Positions 29,190 to 38,373 of a stretch of DNA of 64,000 nucleotides are shown one piece after another (position 1 is the first letter of the stretch; each line of letters begins with the position of its first letter). This DNA comes from Vulcanimicrobiota bacterium (GTDB lineage Bacteria; Vulcanimicrobiota; Vulcanimicrobiia; Vulcanimicrobiales; Vulcanimicrobiaceae). The stretch spans positions 2,272,001 to 2,336,000 of the forward strand of contig CAVTCS010000003.1 of the NCBI GenBank assembly GCA_963733295.1, written 5' to 3'. The notes under the pieces were generated by a model that saw only the letters and a program-made list of their open reading frames with translations, was not told the origin of the DNA and searched no databases. The translations under genes and the position numbers were made by a program.

Positions 29190-29510
29190 ATGTACGCGAT
29201 CATCGAGGCGGACGGCAAACAGTTCCGCGTCAGCGAAGGCGACACGATCCGATGCGATGCGATCGACCGTGAGGTCGGCGCTCAAATCGCCTTCGAGCAG
29301 GTCGTTTTCGCCAGCGCCGGCGGCGCTCACGTCACCGTCGGCCGTCCCCACGTCGAAGGCGCGCGGGTCGTCGGAACCGTCATCAAGCAGGCCAAAGACA
29401 AGAAGATCCTCGTCTTCAAGTACAAGCCGAAGAAGCGGGTTCGCAAGCTGACCGGCCATCGCCAGCGCTTCGCCGAGGTCCGCATCGACAAGATCGAGCT
29501 GCCCAGCTAA
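29190..29510 (+). CDS. rplU: 50S ribosomal protein L21
   Basis: MYAIIE..GKQ.RV, KILVFKYKPKK, GHRQ. Confidence 0.97.
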   Translation: MYAIIEADGKQFRVSEGDTIRCDAIDREVGAQIAFEQVVFASAGGAHVTVGRPHVEGARVVGTVIKQAKDKKILVFKYKPKKRVRKLTGHRQRFAEVRIDKIELPS

Positions 29511-29515
29511 GCAAT

Positions 29516-29854
29516 TTGGTTACGATCCGAGTCCGTAAAGACAGCCGCCGGCGGCTGTCTTCGTTTTTGGCGACCGGGCACGCCGGCTGGGCGCAGAGCG
29601 GCAGCGACGTCGTCTGTGCGGCCGTGTCGACCATCCTGCAAACCGCCTGGCTCGGCCTTTCCGAGGTTGCGGGCGTCACAGTTGAGGGCTCGCGCCGGAG
29701 CAGCCGGCTCGAACTGCATTGGCCGGAGGAGATGCGTTCGCGGGCCGTCGTTCGTGCGATCGTCGAGACGGCGGCGCATGCATTGGAAGCCTTGGCGGTA
29801 CAATATCCCGACAACATCCGCCTCGTACCCGAAGCGGAGCCCCCCTCGAAGTAA
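29516..29854 (+). CDS. prp: Ribosomal-processing cysteine protease Prp (YsxB)
   Basis: GHA.....G.DVVCAAVS catalytic His/Cys motif and QYP; follows rplU. Confidence 0.88.
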   Translation: MVTIRVRKDSRRRLSSFLATGHAGWAQSGSDVVCAAVSTILQTAWLGLSEVAGVTVEGSRRSSRLELHWPEEMRSRAVVRAIVETAAHALEALAVQYPDNIRLVPEAEPPSK

Positions 29855-29872
29855 GCGAAGGACCGCAGCACC

Positions 29873-30127
29873 ATGACCGACCTCTACAAGCCGATCTCCG
29901 AAGAGCGAAACCACAATAGCGCGAAAGATCCGCAGCCGGAACCGGCCGCGAATTCCAACGAGGCCGGCCGTACGCTGCTCATCGGCGTCCTGGGTGGAAT
30001 CGTTTCCGCCGCAGGATACCTGATTTACACCCGCCTGCCCGAAGAGCAGAAGGACAAGCTGAACCAGCAAGTCCGGACCGTCGTCGAGTCCCGGGTCAAC
30101 GAGTTCCGCTCCCGCCTGAACTTCTAG
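29873..30127 (+). CDS. Small single-TM hypothetical protein
   Basis: AAGGA SD; TM LLIGVLGGIVSAAGYLIY followed by a helical tail. Confidence 0.7.
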   Translation: MTDLYKPISEERNHNSAKDPQPEPAANSNEAGRTLLIGVLGGIVSAAGYLIYTRLPEEQKDKLNQQVRTVVESRVNEFRSRLNF

Positions 30128-30402
30128 CCCGCGGCGCCTTCGGGCGGCACCTTCTCCTCCGCTGCGGCCGTCTCGGCCGGCTGCGGTTCGGCCACGTACG
30201 GGACCGGCTCCATGCGAGCCGCGGCTTCCTTGAATTCGGCTTCGTCCGCCGCGCGCTCCATCTCGCGAATGAACGACTGCGAGGTCGACTGAATGTCGCG
30301 CATGACGTGGCCGGCCCGGCGCGCGACCTTGGGAAGTTGGTCGGGGCCGAAAAAAAGCAGCGCGGCGGCGCCCAAGATGAGCATGTCAGCCGGCGACAGC
30401 AA
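30124..30402 (-). CDS. Twin-arginine translocase TatA/TatB family subunit
   Basis: LLFFGPDQLPKVAR..G; AGGAGG SD before TTG 30402. Confidence 0.85.
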   Translation of the reverse strand: MLSPADMLILGAAALLFFGPDQLPKVARRAGHVMRDIQSTSQSFIREMERAADEAEFKEAAARMEPVPYVAEPQPAETAAAEEKVPPEGAAG

Positions 30403-30484
30403 AGGGTTCCTCCTGCTGCTCGTCCAACGCTGCGCGTCCACCCAAACGGGCCGAAATTTGAGGCAAAGGACTGGCGGCGGCCGC

Positions 30485-30985
30485 TTGAAGATCATTTACA
30501 CGCGCGGGAACCGCACCGAGACGCTGGCGTCGATTTCGACACTGCGCAAGATACTTGGGCGGTTCGTGCGACATCGCGTCTTCTACGAGGTCTCCTCGCG
30601 CAACAAGCGGGGTCATGAATTCTTTTCGACCAAGAACACTTTCGTCGTCGGATCGATCGAAGTCGTCAACCGGGATTACCTGACGATTACGATCTTCGAT
30701 GCGCACAATTCCACTCACTCGATTGAAATCCTGAATCCCTCGGCGATGCGCATCTACGACGAAACGATGGGTAAGGGCTTCGCCGTTTCGTTTTTGAGCG
30801 AGTCGCCCGGCGACGTCGAATCGCGCTGCTACTTGCGTGACGAGGGCGGCGAAGGCGATGCGCTCGAAGAGCGCTGCGAGCTCGAGAAGATCACGCTCCC
30901 CAAACTCTTCGAATATCTCGACGAGATCACGCACGTCCAGGGCGTCGGCGGGCCTCGAGCCGATCCGCCACGCGCAGGTATCTGA
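30485..30985 (+). CDS. Hypothetical protein
   Basis: Strong coding-like codon usage from TTG 30485; no family recognised. Confidence 0.65.
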   Translation: MKIIYTRGNRTETLASISTLRKILGRFVRHRVFYEVSSRNKRGHEFFSTKNTFVVGSIEVVNRDYLTITIFDAHNSTHSIEILNPSAMRIYDETMGKGFAVSFLSESPGDVESRCYLRDEGGEGDALEERCELEKITLPKLFEYLDEITHVQGVGGPRADPPRAGI

Positions 30986-31409
30986 CGGCCTCGCTGGGCC
31001 GTCCGAGCCGCTTACAGGCCACGCTCAGATTGCGGTACGCGAGCGGGTATGCGGGGTCGGCACGCATCGCCGCCTGGTAGTAATCGACCGCGTCCTCGAG
31101 GTTGCCGTCCTCGAGCAGCAAGTTTCCGATGTTGACGAGCGCAGGCGCGTGTTTCTCGGAACGCTCGAGCGCGTCGCAGAAGGCTGCCAGCGCGTCGTCG
31201 CGCCGCTCGAGGCCGATCAGCGCCACGCCGCGCTTGTTGAGTGCGTCGGCCCGCGCCGGATCGTCCGGCGCGCCGGCCAAGGCCGCTTCGGATTCGCGCA
31301 GCGCGACCTCGTACTCCCCGAACTCGAGGGCGGCGACCGCTCGTTCGTATGGGGTTTGCGGCCGGCGCGGCCCGGCGAACCAGCTGCGGACGTCGAAGGA
31401 GGGACGCAT
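30927..31409 (-). CDS. Tetratricopeptide repeat protein
   Basis: ALNKRGVAL, ALVNIGNLL, AYRNLSVA repeats. Confidence 0.85.
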   Translation of the reverse strand: MRPSFDVRSWFAGPRRPQTPYERAVAALEFGEYEVALRESEAALAGAPDDPARADALNKRGVALIGLERRDDALAAFCDALERSEKHAPALVNIGNLLLEDGNLEDAVDYYQAAMRADPAYPLAYRNLSVACKRLGRPSEAVRYLRVADRLEARRRPGRA

Positions 31410-32113
31410 TGAACGCCCTCCTTCACGTTGACGTCGTCACGCTCTTCCCGGAGATGTTCGCTCCGGCGATCGGACTCTCGATCCTGGGCCGTGCCCAGGA
31501 GCGCGGTGTCGTCCGGATCGAGCTGCATCACATCCTCGACGCGCTCGACGGAAGCGAGCGGGCCGACGACCGGCCCTACGGCGGCGGCCCCGGAATGGTC
31601 TTGCGCCTCGAACCGATCGCGCGAATTTTGGACCGGATCCTCGCGGCCGCCCCACCGGACGAGCGGCGGCAAATCGTCGTCACCTCGCCTTCAGGGCACG
31701 CTTTCGCGCATGCCGACGCGGTCGACTTCGCGCAACTCGATCGTCTCGTTCTGATCTGCGGCCACTACGAGGGGATCGACGAGCGGCTCGTCGAGCTCTA
31801 TGGCGCCCGGGAGTACTCCCTCGGCGACTTCGTCCTCACCGGCGGCGAGATTCCGGCGCTGGCTTTCCTGGACGCCACCGTCCGGCAGCGAGCCGGGGCA
31901 CTCAACCCCGCCTCGCTCGCGGCCGAGTCGTTCGCCCAGGGCGAGCTCGACGCGCCGGCCTATACCCGGCCGCCCGAGTTCCGGGGTCTTCCGGTACCCG
32001 AAGTCTTGCTCTCGGGAGACCACGCGCGGATCGCTGCTTGGCGACGCGAGCAGTCGCGCGCGCGGACCGCGGAGCGCCGGGCCGACCTCTCCGGTTCGGA
32101 GCCGGTCGATTGA
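31409..32113 (+). CDS. trmD: tRNA (guanine37-N1)-methyltransferase
   Basis: VTLFPEMF, DDRPYGGGPGM, CGHYEGIDER, SLGDFVLTGGE, YTRP, SGDH. Confidence 0.96.
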   Translation: MNALLHVDVVTLFPEMFAPAIGLSILGRAQERGVVRIELHHILDALDGSERADDRPYGGGPGMVLRLEPIARILDRILAAAPPDERRQIVVTSPSGHAFAHADAVDFAQLDRLVLICGHYEGIDERLVELYGAREYSLGDFVLTGGEIPALAFLDATVRQRAGALNPASLAAESFAQGELDAPAYTRPPEFRGLPVPEVLLSGDHARIAAWRREQSRARTAERRADLSGSEPVD

Positions 32114-32138
32114 TTTGACTCTTCGGCCGTGTTAGAAT
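32110..32138 (+). promoter_or_regulatory. Sigma70 promoter of rplS
   Basis: TTGATT-17 bp-TAGAAT with extended TG. Confidence 0.65.
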
Positions 32139-32209
32139 CCCAAGGTTGTCCCAGCGGCCCGGCGCGAACGCAGCCGTGGCCGCCAAAGTATGTGGCTTGC
32201 GAGAGAGAT

Positions 32210-32560
32210 ATGAACGTCATCGACCTGCTCGAGAAGGAGCAATTGAAAGCCGACGTGCCGGCGTTCCGGCCCGGCGACACCGTGAAGGTGTATTCGCGAA
32301 TCATCGAGGGCGGCAAAGAGCGCGTTCAGATGTTCGAAGGCGTCGTAACCGTTCGCAAAGGCGGCGGGGCCGGTGAGTCGATTACGGTTCGCCGCCTCTC
32401 GCACGGCGTCGGAGTCGAGAAGTCGTTTCTCTTGCACAGCCCGCGCGTCGATAAGATCGAGGTCAGCAAGCGCGGAATCGTTCGCCAGAGCCGCCTCTAC
32501 TATCTCTCCGATAAGGTCGGAAAAGCCGCGCGCATCAAAGAGAAGAAAGTCGCGCGTTAG
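32210..32560 (+). CDS. rplS: 50S ribosomal protein L19
   Basis: FRPGDTVKV, ERVQ.FEG, GVGVEK.F..HSP, LYYL..K.GK.ARIKE. Confidence 0.97.
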   Translation: MNVIDLLEKEQLKADVPAFRPGDTVKVYSRIIEGGKERVQMFEGVVTVRKGGGAGESITVRRLSHGVGVEKSFLLHSPRVDKIEVSKRGIVRQSRLYYLSDKVGKAARIKEKKVAR

Positions 32561-32578
32561 CGCGACCGACGGGATCGC

Positions 32579-33439
32579 GTGACACCACTCGAACTCTTCG
32601 CGCTCATCTGCGTTTTCGCGGTCGTTCGTCTGCTCATGACGATTCTGCCGGGCAGCTTCGCTTCGGGCGGCGCCTTGCCGGCGCCGGCCGATTCTTCGGC
32701 GACGGGCGCCTCGACCGTGTCACCCTCGATGGCACTCGCTCCGGGCGCGCTCTCGCCGCGCACGCAAGTCGCCGGCGCGGAGGAAGACCGGCAGGCCGCA
32801 GCCCCTTCGCTGAGCGCGGTCGTCAAAGAGTATCTCGACGCGTTCATCGTGGCGGGACTCGTGGCGCTCTTTTTGATCACCTTCGTCGTGCGCACGTTCT
32901 TCATTCCCTCGGGTTCGATGGAACCGACCCTGCAGATCCACGACGTTTTGCTCGTCAACGAGTTCGAATATCGTCTTTCCAAGCCTCACGACGGCGACAT
33001 CGTCGTCTTCCCGCCGCCGCTACCCGAGCCGAACGATTTCATCAAGCGCCTCATGGGAAGCCCGGGCGAGAAGCTGCGCGTTCACGACGGTATCGTCTAC
33101 CGCAACGACAAACCTCTCGTCGAACCGTACATCGCGCAAAAGCCGGTCTACGAACTCGAAATCAAGAACTACGGCATCTACGTGGACGGCACGCCTTTGG
33201 ATCCGGAAATGGCCAACATTCCGCCGCGTTCCATGTGGCAAGCACCCGATCGAATTCCAGCCGGTTGCTATTTCATGATGGGCGACAACCGGAATAACTC
33301 CGAAGATTCCCACATTTGGGGCTTCGCCCAAACCGGCGGCACGTTCGCCGCCGGTCCGCAAAAGGGAAAGAAGGCGACCTTCACCGGCCATGCCTTCCTG
33401 CTTTTCTGGCCCCCGAACCGCTTCGGCATTCTGCATTAA
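32579..33439 (+). CDS. lepB: Signal peptidase I (two TM helices with an Ala/Ser-rich linker)
   Basis: IPSGSMEPTL, FIKR, MGDNRNNSEDS. Confidence 0.92.
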   Translation: MTPLELFALICVFAVVRLLMTILPGSFASGGALPAPADSSATGASTVSPSMALAPGALSPRTQVAGAEEDRQAAAPSLSAVVKEYLDAFIVAGLVALFLITFVVRTFFIPSGSMEPTLQIHDVLLVNEFEYRLSKPHDGDIVVFPPPLPEPNDFIKRLMGSPGEKLRVHDGIVYRNDKPLVEPYIAQKPVYELEIKNYGIYVDGTPLDPEMANIPPRSMWQAPDRIPAGCYFMMGDNRNNSEDSHIWGFAQTGGTFAAGPQKGKKATFTGHAFLLFWPPNRFGILH

Positions 33440-33501
33440 CGAAGGTGTAGCGCGCGAGCGCCGCACTTCCCAACGCGTTCGATAACGGGAGCCACGGCCG
33501 C

Positions 33502-34038
33502 TTGGGCGAACGTCGATTCGTGCTGTCGCCAAACGTGCGTTGGAGATCGGCGGCGAACCTCGCATGGCAACTCGTCCTGCTCGCGCTCATCGTTTTCGCC
33601 GTGATGGGGCTGCGGCCGGGCCAAGTCAGCGGCCTTTCGATGGAGCCGCGCATCGATTCCGACGAGTACGTGCTGATCAACGCGCTCGCATACCGCATCG
33701 GAACGCCGCAGCACGGAGACGTGATCGCCTTTCGACACGAGCGTTCGGCGCCGTCGGTCTACCTCAAACGCATCATCGGAGTGCCGGGCGACCGCATCGC
33801 GATCTCGCGAGGAGTCGTCGACCTCAACGGAAAGACGCTCGCGGAACCTTACGTTCACTTTCCCGACGAACGCAGCGAAGCGCCCGTCGTCGTGCCGTCC
33901 AACTCGTACTACGTGCTGGGCGACAACCGTGCGAACAGCGACGATTCGCGCGCCTGGGGCTTCGTCCCGGCCGCCGACATCGTGGGACGCGCGATGTTCG
34001 GCGTGTGGCCGCCGAGCCACATAGGGCCGATCAGGTGA
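33502..34038 (+). CDS. lepB: Signal peptidase I, second copy
   Basis: GLSMEP, YLKRIIGVPGD, LGDNRANSDDSR. Confidence 0.9.
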   Translation: MGERRFVLSPNVRWRSAANLAWQLVLLALIVFAVMGLRPGQVSGLSMEPRIDSDEYVLINALAYRIGTPQHGDVIAFRHERSAPSVYLKRIIGVPGDRIAISRGVVDLNGKTLAEPYVHFPDERSEAPVVVPSNSYYVLGDNRANSDDSRAWGFVPAADIVGRAMFGVWPPSHIGPIR

Positions 34039-34823
34039 ACGCGCCCGAAGCGGTCATTCAGTGGTATCCCGGGCACATGGTTCGGGCGATGCGCCGTCTG
34101 GCCGAGGACGTACGGCGCGTCGATGCGGTCATCGAGGTCGTCGACGCACGCGTTCCGCGCAGCGGAGCGAACCCCGCGCTCGCGCGGATCACCGGACAGA
34201 AACCCTCGCTGCTGGTCCTCACCCGTGCCGATCTGGCCGAGGACGGCTTGACTCGCGCGTGGCTCGAACGGTTCGAGCGCGAAGGCATTCGCGCGATTGC
34301 GATCGCGGCGAAGACGCCGGGCGGGGTCGCGCGTTTACAGGCGGCGCTCGAAACGCTGGCCGGCGAGCGACGCAACCGGCGCGCCATCGTGCTCGGAATT
34401 CCGAACGCCGGAAAGTCGACCGTCATCAACGCGATCGTCGGGCGAAAGGTCGCGCGCGCCGAAGATCGCGCCGGCGTGACGCGCGCGGCGCAATGGTTTC
34501 GCGTCGCGCCCACGCTCGAACTCATGGATACGGCGGGCATCCTCGTCCCCAAAATCGACACCTCCGACGCTCAGTGGAAGCTGGCGATGGTCGGCGCGGT
34601 TCCACGTGCGCGCTACGACGCGGAGGATCTCGTCCGGCGCTTCACCGGTTGGGCCGCGGCCGCCCGGCCGGCGGCGCAGATTCCGGATCTGGAAACCTAC
34701 GCGCAATCGCGCGGCTTCGTGCGGCGCGGTAACTTGATAGACACCAACAATGCAGCCTCCGCGTTTCTCAAGGAGTTCGGTGAAGGACGCTTCGGCCGCG
34801 TGACGCTCGAGGAGCCGGCGTGA
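34035..34823 (+). CDS. rbgA: Ribosome biogenesis GTPase RbgA/YlqF
   Basis: IQWYPGHM, DARVP.S..NP, GIPNAGKS, GVTR, DTAG. Confidence 0.9.
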   Translation: MNAPEAVIQWYPGHMVRAMRRLAEDVRRVDAVIEVVDARVPRSGANPALARITGQKPSLLVLTRADLAEDGLTRAWLERFEREGIRAIAIAAKTPGGVARLQAALETLAGERRNRRAIVLGIPNAGKSTVINAIVGRKVARAEDRAGVTRAAQWFRVAPTLELMDTAGILVPKIDTSDAQWKLAMVGAVPRARYDAEDLVRRFTGWAAAARPAAQIPDLETYAQSRGFVRRGNLIDTNNAASAFLKEFGEGRFGRVTLEEPA

Positions 34824-35503
34824 ACGAACAACAGCACCGGCGTCGCCTGGCCCGCGAACGCGAACGGCGAAGGCTGGTGCGCCTCCACTCGTACGAGCGA
34901 GCCGCTCGCGAGCGCGGTTTCGTGCTCATCGGCGGAATCGACGAAGTCGGGCGCGGGCCGCTCGCAGGGCCCGTGGTCGCGGCTTGCGTGGTGGCGGACG
35001 GTCCGCTGATGCTGACCGGCCTCAACGATTCCAAGCGCGTGCAACCCGAGAAACGGCGCGAGCTTGCCGAAACGATCAAGGCGCGAGCCGTAGCCTGGGC
35101 GGTTGGTGAAGCCTCGGTCGCCGAGATCGAGCGGCTCAACATCTATTACGCGAGCATTCTCGCAATGGAGCGCGCGCTCGCGGCGTTAGCCGCCGTTCCT
35201 CAGTACCTGTTGACCGATGCCGTTCGCATCCGTTCGTTTAACGGCGAACAGCTCCCGGTGATCAAAGGCGACGCGAAGTGCGCCACCGTCGCCGCAGCCT
35301 CAATCGTGGCAAAAGTGCACCGCGACGGCTTGCTGCACGATCTCGATGCGCTTTTCCCGCAGTACGGATTTGCCGAGCACAAAGGTTACGCGACCGAGCG
35401 GCACGTCGCCGCGCTGAAAGAGTTCGGGCCGTGCGAACATCACAGGCGCCATTTCCTCAGTGTCCGAGCGACGCTGAGCCTGTTCGACGATTTCGACTCG
35501 TGA
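34820..35503 (+). CDS. rnhB: Ribonuclease HII
   Basis: GIDEVGRGPLAGPV, DSK, IKGDA, AASIVAKV, HKGY. Confidence 0.95.
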   Translation: MNEQQHRRRLARERERRRLVRLHSYERAARERGFVLIGGIDEVGRGPLAGPVVAACVVADGPLMLTGLNDSKRVQPEKRRELAETIKARAVAWAVGEASVAEIERLNIYYASILAMERALAALAAVPQYLLTDAVRIRSFNGEQLPVIKGDAKCATVAAASIVAKVHRDGLLHDLDALFPQYGFAEHKGYATERHVAALKEFGPCEHHRRHFLSVRATLSLFDDFDS

Positions 35504-35841
35504 ACGCGCGCTCGCAGTTGGGCAAAGCCGGCGAGGACGCGGCCGCCGTTCACTTGCGTTCGCTTGGGTATCGCATCGTGAAACGGAACTTGCGTGGCCC
35601 GGGCGGTGAGATCGATATCGTGGCATGGGACGGTGAAACGCTCGCCTTCGTCGAGGTCAAAGCCCGTTCGTCGTCGCGCTTCGGGTCGGCCCTGAGCGCC
35701 GTCGACGCGCGCAAGCGGAAACGCCTGCGCGCGCTGGCCGCAGATTTTCTTCAGTTCTTTGCTCCCGCTGCGAAAGCGCGTTTCGACGTGCTCACGGTCG
35801 AACGCGGCACGCTGACGCTGCACCGCAACGCCTTTACGTGA
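35500..35841 (+). CDS. yraN: YraN family putative endonuclease
   Basis: G..GE..A...L...GY, GEIDIVA, FVEVKAR, RFDV. Confidence 0.92.
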   Translation: MNARSQLGKAGEDAAAVHLRSLGYRIVKRNLRGPGGEIDIVAWDGETLAFVEVKARSSSRFGSALSAVDARKRKRLRALAADFLQFFAPAAKARFDVLTVERGTLTLHRNAFT

Positions 35842-35896
35842 CCATTCGCCGCGGACGCAGGACTTCGCACGTTGAGAAGGGGACGCTTGCGCCTCG

Positions 35897-37543
35897 ATGG
35901 CGGCTAGCCTCGGCCTAAAGACGGCAGCCCATGGACCCTCGTTACGACGCTCGGTTACGCCCTGGGGCTCGTTTTCGTGGGGTTATTCGGACGTCGGGGC
36001 CGACATTTTCGTCGGCCTGGGCCTCGTTCTCGGCGCCGCGGCCGGCGCTTCGAACGTCGCTTTCTTGTTCGCCGGACTCGTGTACGTGTGCATCGGGCTC
36101 GCGTATACGGAACTTGCCGCGGCCTACCCGGTTGCCGGTGGGGGCCAGTATTTCGTCTTTCGCGGACTCGGCGACATTTTCGGATTCATCGCGGGCTGGG
36201 CCGTCCTGCTCGACTTTACGATCGACATCGTGCTCTTCGCCTGGAGCTGCATCGATTACCTGAGCAAGCTCGCTCCGATCCTGAGCTTTACCGCGCACCC
36301 TTGGGTGCACTTCGCCGTCGTTTTCAGCGTCATCGCGGGACTAGCGCTGCTCAACGTCATCGGCGTGCGCGAGAGTTCGGCGTTCAACGAACTCGTCAGC
36401 GCCCTCGACGTGGTGAGCGAAACGGCGATCCTCTTCTTCGGCTTTCTGTTCGCTTTCAGTCCCGAGCTGCTCGTGCACACGATGCAGACGGCCTGGCCGA
36501 CCCCGTTTAATCTGATGAACGGCGTCTCGCTCGCCATCATTTCGTTCGTCGGTCTCGAGTCGATCGCGCAGGCCGCGCAGGAGACGCAGCGTCCCGCATC
36601 GGTCATTCCGCGCACCTCCGTTTCACTGATCCTGACCATTTTGATCTTCGCGCTGTCGTACTCGAACTTGGCACTCGGCATGCATCCCTGGCATCCGCTG
36701 CCGCTCGACAAGGACGGCCACGTGCAAGCCCTCTGGCACTTACTCGGCAGCGAGGAAAACAACGGAGCTGCGGTTGCCGTGCTTTCGTCCTACGTGCCCT
36801 ACTGGGGCGCGCTGGCCGCGGCTTACGTGCCGATTCTCGGAGCGATCCTGCTCTTGATCTCGAGCAATAGCGGCGTCTTCGGCAGCTCGCGCATCGCCTA
36901 CGCGATGAGCGGCACCCGCCTGCTGCCGAGCATCTTCCGGCAGGTTCACCCGCGCTTCCGGACGCCGGTCGTGTCCATCTTGGCCTTCTGCGGCGTCGCA
37001 CTCGTCGAGTTGATTTTCGCCGCGCTGCCGAGCCTTTCGCCAAATCTGAGGTCGGTCTATGCAGAGCTTTTCCGCGGTGAAGACGGCATTACGTTCCTCG
37101 GCGACCTCTACGCTTTCGGAGCGGCGGCAAGCTACTCGTTCGTCTTCCTCGCCGTCATCGCGCTGCGCTTCAACGACTCGGCGAGTCCACGCCAATTCAA
37201 GATGCCGTTCAATATCCCGTTCACCTACAAAGGAAACCCGGTCGAGTTCCCGGTCGTCGCGGTCATCGGGTTCTTCGGAATCGTCTCGATTTTAACGTTT
37301 ACCATGATCACGCACCTGATCGGGCGCATCGCGGGGCCGTCGTGGATTATTCTGGGGCTGATCGGGTATCTGGTGTATCGAAAGACCCATGGCTTGCCCG
37401 TATTCCGCTCGCAACCGCACGACTGGCGCAAGGCCCAGGTAAATATCCTTCAGGACGCCGGCGAGCTCGAGTTGATGGACCAGTATCTCGCGAACCTCAA
37501 GCAGATGGACGAACGGAAAGCCGCGAAGGCTTCGCCCGAATGA
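35897..37543 (+). CDS. APC family amino acid/polyamine permease
   Basis: About 12 TM; YTELAAAYP.AGG, SFVGLES, F..VHPRFRTP. Confidence 0.9.
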   Translation: MAASLGLKTAAHGPSLRRSVTPWGSFSWGYSDVGADIFVGLGLVLGAAAGASNVAFLFAGLVYVCIGLAYTELAAAYPVAGGGQYFVFRGLGDIFGFIAGWAVLLDFTIDIVLFAWSCIDYLSKLAPILSFTAHPWVHFAVVFSVIAGLALLNVIGVRESSAFNELVSALDVVSETAILFFGFLFAFSPELLVHTMQTAWPTPFNLMNGVSLAIISFVGLESIAQAAQETQRPASVIPRTSVSLILTILIFALSYSNLALGMHPWHPLPLDKDGHVQALWHLLGSEENNGAAVAVLSSYVPYWGALAAAYVPILGAILLLISSNSGVFGSSRIAYAMSGTRLLPSIFRQVHPRFRTPVVSILAFCGVALVELIFAALPSLSPNLRSVYAELFRGEDGITFLGDLYAFGAAASYSFVFLAVIALRFNDSASPRQFKMPFNIPFTYKGNPVEFPVVAVIGFFGIVSILTFTMITHLIGRIAGPSWIILGLIGYLVYRKTHGLPVFRSQPHDWRKAQVNILQDAGELELMDQYLANLKQMDERKAAKASPE

Positions 37544-37752
37544 AACGTTTGGTACGGAGCGAGGCTTACGCCCGGGCGCGGCTCGTTACCGCGACGCTCT
37601 TCGCGCTCTTCGGCAGCGTCATCATCGTGCGGACCTGGATGAGCGTCGGGCCGGTCGCGGCGGCGCTGCCGGCCTATATTCTGGGTCTGGCGCTGATCGC
37701 GCTCGCCGTCGTCCGGCTGCGCGAGTATCGCGCGTCGCGGAGGCAGCCGTGA
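37540..37752 (+). CDS. Small two-TM membrane protein
   Basis: ATGA/GTGA overlaps on both sides; two hydrophobic helices. Confidence 0.7.
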   Translation: MKRLVRSEAYARARLVTATLFALFGSVIIVRTWMSVGPVAAALPAYILGLALIALAVVRLREYRASRRQP

Positions 37753-38372
37753 GCGGTCAGATTCACGTGACCGTCACCGGCATCGTCTGCGCGCTGGCGA
37801 TCGTCGCGGCGATCGTGGCGACGTTTTACTGGATGCTCCACCCGCCCACGACGACGGCCGAGCGAACCGCGCGAATCGTCGAACGCGAGGTCGAGGAGAT
37901 GGTCGGCAGCATCATCATCGTCTTTGCCGAGGAGATTCACTCGGAATACATGATGGCGCTCGCCGTGCGCGTCGCACGGCGCGAGAGGGCGCAACTGCTC
38001 GCGCTATACGTCATCGAGGTGCCTCTCACGCTTCCCCGCAACGCGGAGATGGAGAAGGAACACCGCCAAGCTCTCGGCGTTCTCGCAGGCGCCGAGGCGA
38101 TCGCGCGAGCGAACAACGTCGAGATCAAAACGGAGGTCGTTCAGACGCGCTCGGTCAGCCAAGGCGTGCTCGACTTAGCCCGGGAACGCGACGCGCACCT
38201 CATCGTCATCGGCGCATATCGCGAAGGCAAGTATACGGGTGCACCGCTCGGCCGCGCGATCGAAGCGATCGCCGGCAACGCGAGTTGCGACGTGCTGATC
38301 GGCGTCCAAGGCAACCGCGGCAGCCTGTTCAAGGACATCCCGGCCGAACCCGAAGCGTCGGCGCGAAGCTAG
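37749..38372 (+). CDS. Universal stress protein with N-terminal TM anchor
   Basis: LYVIEVP..LP, A...DAHLIVIG, LG....I...A.CDVLI. Confidence 0.85.
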   Translation: MSGQIHVTVTGIVCALAIVAAIVATFYWMLHPPTTTAERTARIVEREVEEMVGSIIIVFAEEIHSEYMMALAVRVARRERAQLLALYVIEVPLTLPRNAEMEKEHRQALGVLAGAEAIARANNVEIKTEVVQTRSVSQGVLDLARERDAHLIVIGAYREGKYTGAPLGRAIEAIAGNASCDVLIGVQGNRGSLFKDIPAEPEASARS

Positions 38373-38373
38373 C

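Noticed and set aside
35842..35896. c-di-AMP (ydaO) riboswitch before the APC permease
   Set aside because: The gap is 55 nt and lacks the motif
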